A stretch of 64,000 nt of DNA. Source: a virus. Taxonomy: Duplodnaviria > Caudoviricetes. The notes under the pieces were generated by a model. The model saw nothing but the letters and a program-made list of their open reading frames with translations. It ran no database searches and was not told the DNA's origin. Positions 1-9,446 of this stretch are shown here, piece after piece; the first letter of the stretch is position 1, and each line of letters begins with the position of its first letter. The DNA lies in IMG/VR virus record IMGVR_UViG_3300028624_000004, positions 1 to 64,000 of that record. One strand, written 5' to 3'. The position numbers and the translations under genes are program-made.

Positions 1-422
1 TTTTGGCGACACGCCTCCTTCGATTCGTGCTTCTGTTTTCTGCTTAACGGGAAGGCATTGTCTTGAAGATAACACCGAAGCTTCATGTCAAATTCTTCGG
101 TTCGGTCAATCTCTGGTTCTTTAGGTATATTCCTCTTCATAAAGTCACCCGACTTTATGGAGTCAAATATATACTGCTTCAGTGATTCTACACACTCAGG
201 GAACTCGTCTTTGAGGAAATGATAGAACCCATTGGAGTATCCGCAGTTGTGACAATATACATGATATCTGTCACTGTATTCCTTTATATACATTCTTTTC
301 TTGTAGTCGCCGCATAGGGGACAACGACCACGATGTATGAAGGAATTTGATGTTTTTACTACTTCGCAATCTGGCACTATTCTATAGAATATGGCTTGAA
401 CTGCGTATGAAGGGGGCTTCAT
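1..422 (-). CDS. 61: DNA primase, T4 gp61-like (N-terminal part; runs off the window)
   Basis: Not in the ORF track. Manual translation from ATG 422 gives MKPPSYAVQAIFYRIVPDCEVVKTSNSFIHRGRCPLCGDYKKRMYIKEYSDRYHVYCHNCGY, the CPxCGD...CHNCG zinc-binding domain of gp61 primases. It lies in the replication cluster. Confidence 0.8.
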   Translation of the reverse strand, partial: MKPPSYAVQAIFYRIVPDCEVVKTSNSFIHRGRCPLCGDYKKRMYIKEYSDRYHVYCHNCGYSNGFYHFLKDEFPECVESLKQYIFDSIKSGDFMKRNIPKEPEIDRTEEFDMKLRCYLQDNAFPLSRKQKHESKEACRQ

Positions 423-429
423 AATTCCA

Positions 430-828
430 TTATGGCACAGGTCGCTTATTTGTCAAATATTGTTTAAATTTATGAATGATTTTATATTGATGCTTATCCC
501 TATGCGGAATAACATCAATCTTATCTTTTAGGGTGAGAATTTTAGATATCTCATCGACATCTATTGCAGACACAAATCCCCAATCCTGAAGAAGATATGT
601 TATAGTCGCTCTTCTCAAACTATCAACTTCGTTAAAGGTGCTGGGTTTGTTTTGAAGGAGGAACATTTCTTTAAAGTGGCATATACTATAAGTATCTTCG
701 TCAATTTTATGACAGTAACATGATGGATATATTACCTTCTCTTTTCTGTTTACAACGCCCATCCTCTCAAGCGTCTCACATACCTGTCCATAGGGCTTTA
801 ATAATTTGACTTTTATTCCGATATCCAT
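430..828 (-). CDS. regA: RegA translational repressor
   Basis: ETLERMG...YPSC...HFKEMF...RRATI...LLQDWG matches T4 RegA motifs; follows gp62 as in T4. Confidence 0.9.
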   Translation of the reverse strand: MDIGIKVKLLKPYGQVCETLERMGVVNRKEKVIYPSCYCHKIDEDTYSICHFKEMFLLQNKPSTFNEVDSLRRATITYLLQDWGFVSAIDVDEISKILTLKDKIDVIPHRDKHQYKIIHKFKQYLTNKRPVP

Positions 829-832
829 GATA

Positions 833-1282
833 TTATTTCCTTAACCCACCTTGGGTTCTCTTTATGGAATCTACCCATTTTTCACCATACTGGTCAATAT
901 ACATAAGAGCTTCTCTTTGATTACAATCGAAGTAAGACATAACACATGAAACATCCTTATCTTCTTGACTAACTGATTTTAGGTATAAAGTTCTTTCGGT
1001 TGTTTCTGGTATTATTCTGACAAGCATCTTATAGAATCTTTTCTTGTCAAGACCATGCCCGCCAAATGTTTGATGTAGAGTATTGATATAGTTGGCATAT
1101 TCGATAAGTGAAGGATGCATTGACAACACACGCACCGCCATGAACGGTGAAAATCCCTTTTCGTAATCGGGGTTGTCGAGTAGCGTGCCAGTCTTATGAA
1201 CTAAGATATCATCTATAATTTCCCATAGATAACTCTTAGTCTCTTTCTTCTTTAGTCCTTCTCTTTTCTTATGCTTAGTCAT
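833..1282 (-). CDS. 62: Clamp loader small subunit (gp62)
   Basis: FSPFMAVRVLS...YANYIN motif and gp44-gp62-regA synteny. Confidence 0.8.
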   Translation of the reverse strand: MTKHKKREGLKKKETKSYLWEIIDDILVHKTGTLLDNPDYEKGFSPFMAVRVLSMHPSLIEYANYINTLHQTFGGHGLDKKRFYKMLVRIIPETTERTLYLKSVSQEDKDVSCVMSYFDCNQREALMYIDQYGEKWVDSIKRTQGGLRK

Positions 1283-2379
1283 TACTTTCTTTTCTTAGTG
1301 GGTGCCTTATCTTCTGGTTGACCAACTTCCATCTTACCAAGAGTCTTTGTCATCTGACCCATAAGTGCAGGATCTATATCATTCTGAACGGATGTAAGAC
1401 CTCTTGCTCCTTGCTCAGACTTGTCAAGCGACTTAAAGTTTTCAACTTCGGCAGCGGCTTTTCTCTCGGCATGCGACAACTCATCGTCCATTGCACTTGG
1501 GTCGTGATTTACATGACGGGCAACAGCGGTTGATCTTACTTCAGCAAGCCTAGCCGCCAACTCAGGATCATTGTCTGGATCGCCCCTTGTCACTATGGAT
1601 TTTGGTGGGACTGTTGGTGCGGCTGGCGCTGTACCCCCAGCCATAGCTGCTTGGAACATCTGTAACATAGCAAACATTGGGTTTGGCTGTCCGTTTGGCA
1701 ATGTAGGTGACATCATTGCCGCCATTGGGTTATTAGCCTGGGCTTCGGGGGGAATCTCAGCCATCTTGGGCGTGTCGTTTTGCGTTGGGGGTGTTATTGG
1801 GGCAGGGGGTATCTGCATGGGAATAACTTCATCAGTGTTGTTTGGGTTTATCGCCTGTGAAGGCGGCGTTGACTGTTGCCCAGGTGCTTTTGATCCCTTG
1901 CGGAGAGGAATATAACTCCATACTGGTGTCTGTTCATTGACATGTGGTGCTATTCTACTAAGAGGCGTAACAGTTAACGAGTACTGTATCTGTTGAACAA
2001 TATGCGGGGTTCTGGCAAATGTTGATAATACAATTTGTTTAGCTTGATCTGGATTTGCGGCGGCTATAAAGTAAAAATTCTTTAGCCCTCCCTTAAGACC
2101 TCTATCTGTTACTTCTGGTCTGTTTGATGTGTCAAGTACGACTAAAAATTTCTCTGCCATAAGTCCTCTTTCTGTGTTATTAGTATATTTTATACTATTT
2201 TTTGATTTATTCAATAAATTGTTTGTGTAAGAGTCGTCGGCAATAACTGGTAAAGGAATTGCTTGGGCTTTTTTTGGAAGACCAATATCAACGCCAAGAT
2301 CAGGTATTTCTGGTTCTGGTAATGTCTCTTCCTCTTTTGGTTTCTTCCACCCTAAAAATTTCTTAAACGAGTCAAACAA
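1282..2379 (-). CDS. Hypothetical Pro/Gln/Met-rich protein; likely internal start at ATG 2160
   Basis: Long ORF with a low-complexity middle. ATG 2160 (MAEKFLVV) has an AGAGGA SD and an upstream TAAAAT box. Confidence 0.65.
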   Translation of the reverse strand: MFDSFKKFLGWKKPKEEETLPEPEIPDLGVDIGLPKKAQAIPLPVIADDSYTNNLLNKSKNSIKYTNNTERGLMAEKFLVVLDTSNRPEVTDRGLKGGLKNFYFIAAANPDQAKQIVLSTFARTPHIVQQIQYSLTVTPLSRIAPHVNEQTPVWSYIPLRKGSKAPGQQSTPPSQAINPNNTDEVIPMQIPPAPITPPTQNDTPKMAEIPPEAQANNPMAAMMSPTLPNGQPNPMFAMLQMFQAAMAGGTAPAAPTVPPKSIVTRGDPDNDPELAARLAEVRSTAVARHVNHDPSAMDDELSHAERKAAAEVENFKSLDKSEQGARGLTSVQNDIDPALMGQMTKTLGKMEVGQPEDKAPTKKRK

Positions 2380-3288
2380 TTAAATCTCCTGTATTATCTT
2401 TAGCACCGTTGACATAAAGTTTACCTCGAAGTCAGCGACCGCAGCTTGGGACTTCATCCCTTCGGCTACAAGTATCATGATAATTTCTACCTTCTCTGGA
2501 CTTATCTCTTCTGCCCTGTCAAATAATACCTTAAATAAATTGTCGTAAGTGTCTGTGCCGCAAACCTTTGTGCGTATATCTCTCCAGTTCTTCTCTTTGA
2601 TAAGCTGAACAAGCATATCATGACGAGCGAAGAATGTTTTACTTTGGTCGATTTGAAATACCCCACCAATCGTGAACTTCGACAAGGCACCTACAATTTG
2701 GCGAATGTCTGGATAGAATTCATTTATGATGTATTTGACATCCCTGGCGAAGTTTACACACTTTATTCCTTCAGTATCTAAGATGTGCTTGCATCGTTTA
2801 GCTATTTCATTTTTTGAGATGTTATTGAAGTCAAACTTCTGGCAACGCGACTTGATGGCGTCTGGAATCCTACCCAAGTTATTTCCAGTCAAAAAGAATC
2901 TTGCTGTTTCAATATATTCTTCCATTACTCCACGTAAAGCCTGAAGAGAGTCGTTTGTTAGGTTATCAACCTCGTCAAGAATAACAATTTTTATTCCGCT
3001 ATCGTCCCATGACATGATAGAACAGAATGTTATAATTTCGTTTCTCAGTGTATCTATTCCTCTCTTATCAGAAGAGTTTAAGAACAGAACTTCCTGAGTG
3101 ACATTCTTGGCTATTATCTTTGCACAGGTTGTCTTGCCAATACCAGGGGAACCAACGAAAAGAAGGTGTGGTGGATCTTTCTTTTCAATATACTCCTTGA
3201 ACTTCGCCAGCATATCACAATCACCGACAACATCTTCAATCTCCTGGGGACGGTATTTCTCTGTGAGGGGGATTCTTATAGCAGTCAT
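2380..3288 (-). CDS. 44: Clamp loader large subunit (gp44, RFC-like AAA+)
   Basis: TEKYRP, Walker A GSPGIGKT, Walker B ILDEVD, SRC motif. Start trimmed to MTAIRIP (3288). Confidence 0.93.
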   Translation of the reverse strand: MTAIRIPLTEKYRPQEIEDVVGDCDMLAKFKEYIEKKDPPHLLFVGSPGIGKTTCAKIIAKNVTQEVLFLNSSDKRGIDTLRNEIITFCSIMSWDDSGIKIVILDEVDNLTNDSLQALRGVMEEYIETARFFLTGNNLGRIPDAIKSRCQKFDFNNISKNEIAKRCKHILDTEGIKCVNFARDVKYIINEFYPDIRQIVGALSKFTIGGVFQIDQSKTFFARHDMLVQLIKEKNWRDIRTKVCGTDTYDNLFKVLFDRAEEISPEKVEIIMILVAEGMKSQAAVADFEVNFMSTVLKIIQEI

Positions 3289-3301
3289 AATATCGCTCGC
3301 A

Positions 3302-3319
3302 TATAAATACATTATAACA
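3302..3319. promoter_or_regulatory. Overlapping opposed promoters: late TATAAATA (+, 3302-3309) for the endonuclease and extended -10 TGTTATAAT (-, 3311-3319) for gp44
   Basis: Exact consensus matches in the short gap between the two genes. Confidence 0.6.
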
Positions 3320-3329
3320 GGAATTCCTA

Positions 3330-4253
3330 ATGAATCAAGAACGATCTGAAGATATGTTACATTATGTTTACATTTATTTGAATCCACTTGAGCCCGGAGA
3401 TTATTCATATAATGGTATTAAAATGTGCTATAAGCCGTTTTATGTTGGTGTTGGGATAGGGAGAAGATATTATTTTCATATAACCGAAGCAAAGTCAAAG
3501 AGAATGATTCCTTCAAATCCATATAAAACGAATATAATCAAGAAAATATTAAAGAGTAACCTTTTACCTCATATTATTTTTATAAAATCCAATATTTCAA
3601 GAAACGATGCGTTGATTATAGAAAGAGAAATAATAAGTGTTTTTGGTAATATTTACACTAATGGTGTTCTTTCTAACATGACAGACGGCGGGGAAAAATG
3701 TAGTACAATATTAAACCACCCAAATAAAGAAGAAATAATACGAAAATTTAAAATAAGAAGTAGTGGAAAGAATAACTCAATGTTTGGAAAATACGGTAAG
3801 GATAACCCCAATAGTTATTTGTATTTAATAGTTAAAGACGGTAAAAAGACATTTATATATGGGGGAGACGAGAAGATAAAGTGGATGAAGAACGAAAGTA
3901 TATCCCCCGTTACATTTCAAAAGTTAGTTGATAGGAAGAAACTTTCTCATAACGGTGTACAGATATTCAAGATTAAAGAAAAAGATAATATTAGTAAAAT
4001 TAAGATACTTTCACCAACTCAGGTTAAAAAATATGAAGATATTTTGAAACATGAGGGTAGAATTGCCGCCAAGAAAAATAGTAAACTAAAAGGAAAAAGA
4101 AAGTATAAAATAACTTTCCCGAATGGGAAAGTGGAGATAGTAAATAACTTCTCAAATTTCTGCAAGAAATATCATTTACATAGAGCAACATTCAGACAAG
4201 TTGCTTACGGTACTAAAGATACCTATAGAGGATGGAAATGTTGTTTTATTTAA
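3330..4253 (+). mobile_element. Free-standing GIY-YIG-like homing endonuclease with NUMOD3-type motif
   Basis: YVYIY...PFYVGVG...R N-terminal domain, LSNMTDGGE, SGKNNSMFGK. AT- and Lys-rich; inserted antisense between gp45 and gp44. Confidence 0.8.
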
Positions 4254-5001
4254 CCAGGGGGGTTACGGCGTGTTGAATGATATAAAAATCAGTTTCACCT
4301 GTTAAGAGAAGACCCTTTTCGAATATCTTTGCAGAGAAGTTGTTTATCTTACTATTCAGCACAGGTTGTATCTTTTCCTTATCAAAGAGAACTTTAAAAT
4401 CCTTCTTCATTTCGTCTACAGCGATCTTTGATGAGAAGTTGTTATATCTCTGAAATTGTTTATTGGTTACAGATACATTTATGAGCTTGGTAGCAGAGTC
4501 CCCGCTAAGAATTACATTATCCATTTTGAGTAAGTTCATGGCTTTGACGAGTGAACCCATATTTTCATTCCATGCAAACGATGCTAACGGAGATTCGGTC
4601 GTTCCCTTTATTTTAGATGATGGGGCACGCATGGTATCTTTAGCGGAACATCCATAATAAACAAACTTATTTGTGTCCTTTTCCACCACAAACATGTCTT
4701 CGGTCATTCGAACATTAAACCCATTGGGGAATATTCTCATAATACCTATTAGCTCTGGGAGACTTATTACACCAAATACAAACTTTTGTTCAACTTTTTG
4801 AAAGCCTTTAAATAAGTCTTGTTTATAATTTACTATGACAAAGTTGGAAGAATTCCCTGTTTGCGTTCCTATGTTTATTGTGTTGTCATCATTTATTTCA
4901 AATAGAATCTTATCTATACCAACTCTTATTATATCTTCGAGCGGCTGAAGAAAAGATTCTGCTTGTTCTTTTGTAAAAGATCCTTGTAGCATATGGTTCA
5001 C
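4246..5001 (-). CDS. 45: Sliding clamp (gp45/PCNA-like)
   Basis: About 250 aa, FGVISLPELIG resembles the gp45 FGIYDL motif, and it sits upstream of the clamp loader. Confidence 0.7.
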   Translation of the reverse strand: MNHMLQGSFTKEQAESFLQPLEDIIRVGIDKILFEINDDNTINIGTQTGNSSNFVIVNYKQDLFKGFQKVEQKFVFGVISLPELIGIMRIFPNGFNVRMTEDMFVVEKDTNKFVYYGCSAKDTMRAPSSKIKGTTESPLASFAWNENMGSLVKAMNLLKMDNVILSGDSATKLINVSVTNKQFQRYNNFSSKIAVDEMKKDFKVLFDKEKIQPVLNSKINNFSAKIFEKGLLLTGETDFYIIQHAVTPLVK

Positions 5002-5036
5002 CTATGCTAGTCATTTTAACAACATATTGTAGTTTA

Positions 5037-6374
5037 TCAATTGGTTTTGTTTTTAATAGAGGATATTAAGTTTATGATATACTCTTCACTTGACGCAAGT
5101 GTTTTAGATTCGGGGGCATATCTAAACTTTTCGAACCAAGGAACTATCTGCCCAGGTTTTTCCACATGCTTAGCGTATTGGCAAAAGAATTTATTGAGCA
5201 TTTCTCTAATCGTATAAACATCCGGTGACACGAGGTTGGTAAAGGTTGGAAGGTCTTGTAAGAAAGAAAGATTGTCAAACAGCCAATCGGCTATGACATT
5301 GACATGTGTTGGACCAACAAATATACTTGGATCGTGAGTAACTTCTCCGAACTTGTTGACATTTTTGCTTATCTTTTGAATTATGTTGTTTACGTCATCT
5401 AGTTCGCTTGTAAACAAATTAGCAACTCTCAAAACCTTAACATGCCTCTGTTTCTTAGATCCAGAATTAAGAGATTCGTTTACTATTTCTTCATATAATT
5501 TTTTAGATACAGTATATGGACTAAGATGAACATTGGGGGCTTCTTTAAAAACTTCTTTCAGTTCTTGGTAGATATAATCTGACGAGAAGTGAACAAGCTT
5601 CATTCCACGGCTACCCGTATATTCACCAAGGAGGAAAGGTAAATCAGAATTAGCCCAAAGAAGATTTGGATCCTTCTTTGATGCTTCTTGGACATTGGTG
5701 ACACCGATGCAGTTTATAATAACAACCTCGGACGCCTTGGTATGTTCAGTTGCTTTCTGTATTCCATCCAGCATCTTTATTATTTCGGTTGAATTCTTAA
5801 TGCGATGATAAAGAGGAATTACTTCGTAGTCATATTCGCCCATGTTTAAAAGAAGCTTCTCTGCTACCGCCGATCCTAACCTACCGTTAGCTCCCAATAC
5901 TACATATACTTTCTTACCGCTGAGTCTATTTTCATGTCTTATCTCGTCTGTTTGTCCCTTCTTGCCTTCGCCCATAAATAACGAGGTTGGATAGTTTAGA
6001 GTTGCTGATGGCTTATCATCTAGGTTGCGATAAGCATGGAGGATTCCTGGCTTAACAGAGACATTTATTATCTTAGTAGGGTCTGTCATATAATAAGCAG
6101 ATTTCTTGCTTGCTGTATCATAAAACATATAACACATATGATTCTTCCAAGAAACAAATTCATCTCGCTGGGCTACATGTTCATGGGGTCCACGCATGAT
6201 ATATGGCTCAGTCTCACTAATGTAACACATCTTTGAGTCGCTGTTTATATCAGAGTCGGTTCTGAAAGTTTCGCATACCATTCCGCGAGAATCGTTATAT
6301 GTCTTTAATGACCTTATAATAACCCCACCATCAAAAAATGATTGTATTATTTCATAGTTGATAGTTTTATCCAT
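5037..6374 (-). CDS. rmlCD: Fused dTDP-4-dehydrorhamnose 3,5-epimerase (RmlC) and reductase (RmlD)
   Basis: Cupin motifs DSRG..ETF, MRGPH, GILHAY, followed by SDR motifs GANGRLG, HFSSDY and YTVSK (YxxxK). Confidence 0.88.
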   Translation of the reverse strand: MDKTINYEIIQSFFDGGVIIRSLKTYNDSRGMVCETFRTDSDINSDSKMCYISETEPYIMRGPHEHVAQRDEFVSWKNHMCYMFYDTASKKSAYYMTDPTKIINVSVKPGILHAYRNLDDKPSATLNYPTSLFMGEGKKGQTDEIRHENRLSGKKVYVVLGANGRLGSAVAEKLLLNMGEYDYEVIPLYHRIKNSTEIIKMLDGIQKATEHTKASEVVIINCIGVTNVQEASKKDPNLLWANSDLPFLLGEYTGSRGMKLVHFSSDYIYQELKEVFKEAPNVHLSPYTVSKKLYEEIVNESLNSGSKKQRHVKVLRVANLFTSELDDVNNIIQKISKNVNKFGEVTHDPSIFVGPTHVNVIADWLFDNLSFLQDLPTFTNLVSPDVYTIREMLNKFFCQYAKHVEKPGQIVPWFEKFRYAPESKTLASSEEYIINLISSIKNKTN

Positions 6375-6408
6375 TTTAGCCTCTGTAGTATTATACAGAG
6401 GAAATGAA

Positions 6409-7230
6409 TTATTTCTTCTTTAATAAAGAAGCTTCTTTTTCAATTTTTTCTCTTATTTTCTTCTTGTAACTCTTTACGTGGTCAACCATGGTGCCATCAA
6501 CATACTTTAACATATGGTCGCCAAACCCCTTTATATTCTTCTTTATAGGCTCAATTCCCTCAATGGTCTGCTTAAGACTGTTATGATCCTTGAACCAGTA
6601 GCGGAGAGCTACCGCACCATAGATGATTGCTGCTAACATCGCAATTCCAATGATGTAGGGAACGAGTTCAAGAAGCCATGCTATTGTTCCGAGAGCCTGG
6701 GCTACAAACAACATTATACCAGCGATAGCTCCGAGAATAATTGATGCCTTTGTAGCGACTGGACGAAGAAGTGGGAATCCAAAGGCAATCCCGCCCGCAA
6801 ATATAGCTAAAAGCCCACATATACCAGCCATCCACCAGAGCTTTATCTTCCAAGCATCTAGCTTAGCTTCTTTTAGCTCCTTTTCCTTTTCTTCTTTTTG
6901 TAGCATATAAGATTCTGCATTTTGCTTCCATTCTCTTGAATATGCTTCTGCGAGTTGAACTTTTATAGCGAGAGATTCTTTTTCGGAAGAAAGTCTTTCA
7001 ATGGTAGCTCCATTAGCAGCAGCTTCGGCTGCTTTCTTTTCAGATTCTTCTAGCTTCTTTTTAAGTGACTCGATATTTTGCTCACCCGGAGTCTGCGTCT
7101 TCTCTGGTGTTGGTACATTGGTAGCTACTGTTTTTTCTGGGGAGACATTATTGTTATTGTCTTTTCGACTGTCACCATCGCAACTAAATAAAGCTAAAAT
7201 TGCGATGCCTAAAATTATCTCTTTAAACAT
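6409..7230 (-). CDS. Late-expressed lipoprotein with coiled coil and about 3 TM helices (possible lysis protein)
   Basis: Signal peptide with lipobox LFSC, E/K/A-rich helix, three hydrophobic segments, basic C-tail; TATAAATA at 7249-7256 (-). Confidence 0.6.
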   Translation of the reverse strand: MFKEIILGIAILALFSCDGDSRKDNNNNVSPEKTVATNVPTPEKTQTPGEQNIESLKKKLEESEKKAAEAAANGATIERLSSEKESLAIKVQLAEAYSREWKQNAESYMLQKEEKEKELKEAKLDAWKIKLWWMAGICGLLAIFAGGIAFGFPLLRPVATKASIILGAIAGIMLFVAQALGTIAWLLELVPYIIGIAMLAAIIYGAVALRYWFKDHNSLKQTIEGIEPIKKNIKGFGDHMLKYVDGTMVDHVKSYKKKIREKIEKEASLLKKK

Positions 7231-7238
7231 AACTCCCC

Positions 7239-8225
7239 CTATACAGGGTATTTATAATTTACATAATAATCAATAGACGAGACAAATTCATCTTTTATAT
7301 TGCCATATACATATTCGACAGACGGTTGAATGGCATACATCTTGTCATGTCCCTTTCTGTCCTCTATATATTCTACAGTGGTATCTATGTTATGATTGTC
7401 CTTAAGTATTCCTCTCCACATATCGACTACTTCGTTGTTAGTTAAAAGAGACTGCGATGCGCCTAGATGAATGGTTGTGTTGTTAACTTTATCATCCATT
7501 AAAATATTATATATGTGCTTGACCGTCTGACTTACTGGAGTCCATTGTCTTATATTTTTTCCTTCGCCGTAAATTTTTATAGGCAATCCACCTACAGCCC
7601 TTTTTATTGTTGCTGGTAACATCTTTTCATGATGTTGGTGAGGTCCGAATTGATTAGCCATTCGAACAGTTACTACATTAAGACCAAAAGTGTGATTCAT
7701 TGATCTTAGGTAACAATCCTGGGCAGCCTTACTTGCGGCATATGGGTTATTAGGCAAAAAAGGAGAGTCTGGTTTAAACCACTTTGAATAATCATCTTTT
7801 AAATTGTAGTCTAAGTCGCCATATACTTCATCGGTACTTATATGGACAAATTTACTTATATTTTCTTTTCCTGCCCATGATATAAGATTGGATACTATAC
7901 ATGCGTTATCGTTATATATAGAGTATGGCGACGATATGCTATTATCCACATGGGACTCAGAGGCAAAATTTACTATATCAAATTCGGAGTTTTTAACTTT
8001 GTTTGGAATTGGAAATGCGTAAAGATTATTAATATTCATTTCAATATTAATAAATTTCTCACTGGTTGCGGTAAGTCTATAATACTCGGATTTGTTATTT
8101 TTAGTAGCGTATCCCATCTTGTCAATAAATATAACATTTTCATAACCTCTTAAGGGCAAGAAATGTTTTACAAAATTGAATCCTATGAATCCGGCACCAC
8201 CAGTTATTATCAGTATTTTTTTCAT
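7239..8225 (-). CDS. rmlB: dTDP-glucose 4,6-dehydratase
   Basis: TGGAGFIG, NFASESHVDNSI, HISTDEVYG, PYAASKA, DRKGHD. Start trimmed to MKKILII. Confidence 0.95.
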   Translation of the reverse strand: MKKILIITGGAGFIGFNFVKHFLPLRGYENVIFIDKMGYATKNNKSEYYRLTATSEKFINIEMNINNLYAFPIPNKVKNSEFDIVNFASESHVDNSISSPYSIYNDNACIVSNLISWAGKENISKFVHISTDEVYGDLDYNLKDDYSKWFKPDSPFLPNNPYAASKAAQDCYLRSMNHTFGLNVVTVRMANQFGPHQHHEKMLPATIKRAVGGLPIKIYGEGKNIRQWTPVSQTVKHIYNILMDDKVNNTTIHLGASQSLLTNNEVVDMWRGILKDNHNIDTTVEYIEDRKGHDKMYAIQPSVEYVYGNIKDEFVSSIDYYVNYKYPV

Positions 8226-8241
8226 TTCATAATTATACCAT

Positions 8242-8275
8242 AAAATAAAACCACCCACGGAGATTCCGTAGGTGG
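8242..8275 (-). terminator. Rho-independent terminator after gp32
   Basis: Minus strand reads CCACCTACGGA-ATC-TCCGTGGGTGG then TTTTATTTT (11-bp stem, one G-U pair). Confidence 0.8.
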
Positions 8276-8341
8276 TGTGAGCCAACGCAGCCCAACTTTA
8301 GCAACGGTGAAAGGAAACCGAAAATCCGCTGCTGTTATATT

Positions 8342-9310
8342 TTAGAACGGAGGTTCGCCATCATCGAAATTGATTTTGTCTATATCAATTTCATCTTCAG
8401 GTGGCTTACCAGCGGGCTTAGGTTTTGACACTGGCTTTACTGGGGCTTCACCAACCTCTACTAAAGAAGCATCTGGTTCGACTTTTCGCTCGACCTGTCG
8501 TGGAGAATCAGAGTCACGCAAAAGAGTCTGAGAAGATCCAGCACGAACATCTTCAATCTTCTTTCCTTCGAGGATAGCCTTGAGTTCATCGTAAGGGCGA
8601 ACCTTCTGTTCGAGAACCGTCTTGCGAAGATCATAAATCTTTTCGTGAATTGCGTCCAAGGTTTCATCATCTTCAACTAAACGGCTCTTTTCGCGAGCAA
8701 AATCGCTTGAGTCAAAGTTATTGAAGCCACCGACCTTCTTGATAACAAGGTTAAAGTCATATCCTTCCTCGACATCCCAGAAGAACATCTTATGCATGGT
8801 AAGAGCTTCAGAAAGCTTGTCCATGACTTTTGGACCGAATTCCCAAATCAAAACCTTTCCGGTCTGATTTGCTTCTCCCTTACGAGGGTCTGACTTGACA
8901 TACACATTTACATGCCAACGCTTCTTTCTCCAGAATGTGCGACCAATATCTTCACTGGTCTTGTCGCCCTTGGCGAACCACATCTTTGAATGCTCGCAAA
9001 TTGGACACTTAGCCTTTTCATCATGCGTGGACGGGCAAATCTGATAAGTATTCTTTTCAGATCCCTTGGGCTTGAAGATGTGGACTCTGTTTTCTACCCA
9101 AGGCTCATCAACGCCGTCGTTGACATGAACATTTGGAAGTATTCTTATTTGATATACCGAACGCGCTTCGCCCTTTACTATATCAGGCTGAAATTTGTAG
9201 TCGAACTTCTTTTCTTCGACTGCTGGCTTCTTTGCGCCTTCTTTCTTTTCTATGAACCTCTGACGAAGTTCTTCAAATTGTGATTTGGTGGTTGTTGCGA
9301 ATTTACTCAT
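8342..9310 (-). CDS. 32: ssDNA-binding protein (gp32)
   Basis: IRILP, CPS...CPICE zinc site, GKVLIWEFG, GYDFNL, NFDSSDF and an acidic tail; late promoter at 9444-9451 (-). Confidence 0.92.
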   Translation of the reverse strand: MSKFATTTKSQFEELRQRFIEKKEGAKKPAVEEKKFDYKFQPDIVKGEARSVYQIRILPNVHVNDGVDEPWVENRVHIFKPKGSEKNTYQICPSTHDEKAKCPICEHSKMWFAKGDKTSEDIGRTFWRKKRWHVNVYVKSDPRKGEANQTGKVLIWEFGPKVMDKLSEALTMHKMFFWDVEEGYDFNLVIKKVGGFNNFDSSDFAREKSRLVEDDETLDAIHEKIYDLRKTVLEQKVRPYDELKAILEGKKIEDVRAGSSQTLLRDSDSPRQVERKVEPDASLVEVGEAPVKPVSKPKPAGKPPEDEIDIDKINFDDGEPPF

Positions 9311-9446
9311 AGTTTTTTCCTTCTTGTTTTATTATCTTTTGTTTTTTCTATTAGTCAAACTCTAAGTTACTTACTAAGATTCTAATTTGACTTCTAAAAT
9401 TCTTCTATGTACTTATGATGGAGGACCGCCCTCCAACCTTTTATAT

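Noticed and set aside
3289-3408. N-terminal extension of gp44 in the ORF track (also the extended starts of rmlB, mazG and the GT-B gene)
   Set aside because: The extensions overlap promoters, terminators or neighbouring genes; homology motifs begin at the downstream ATGs.
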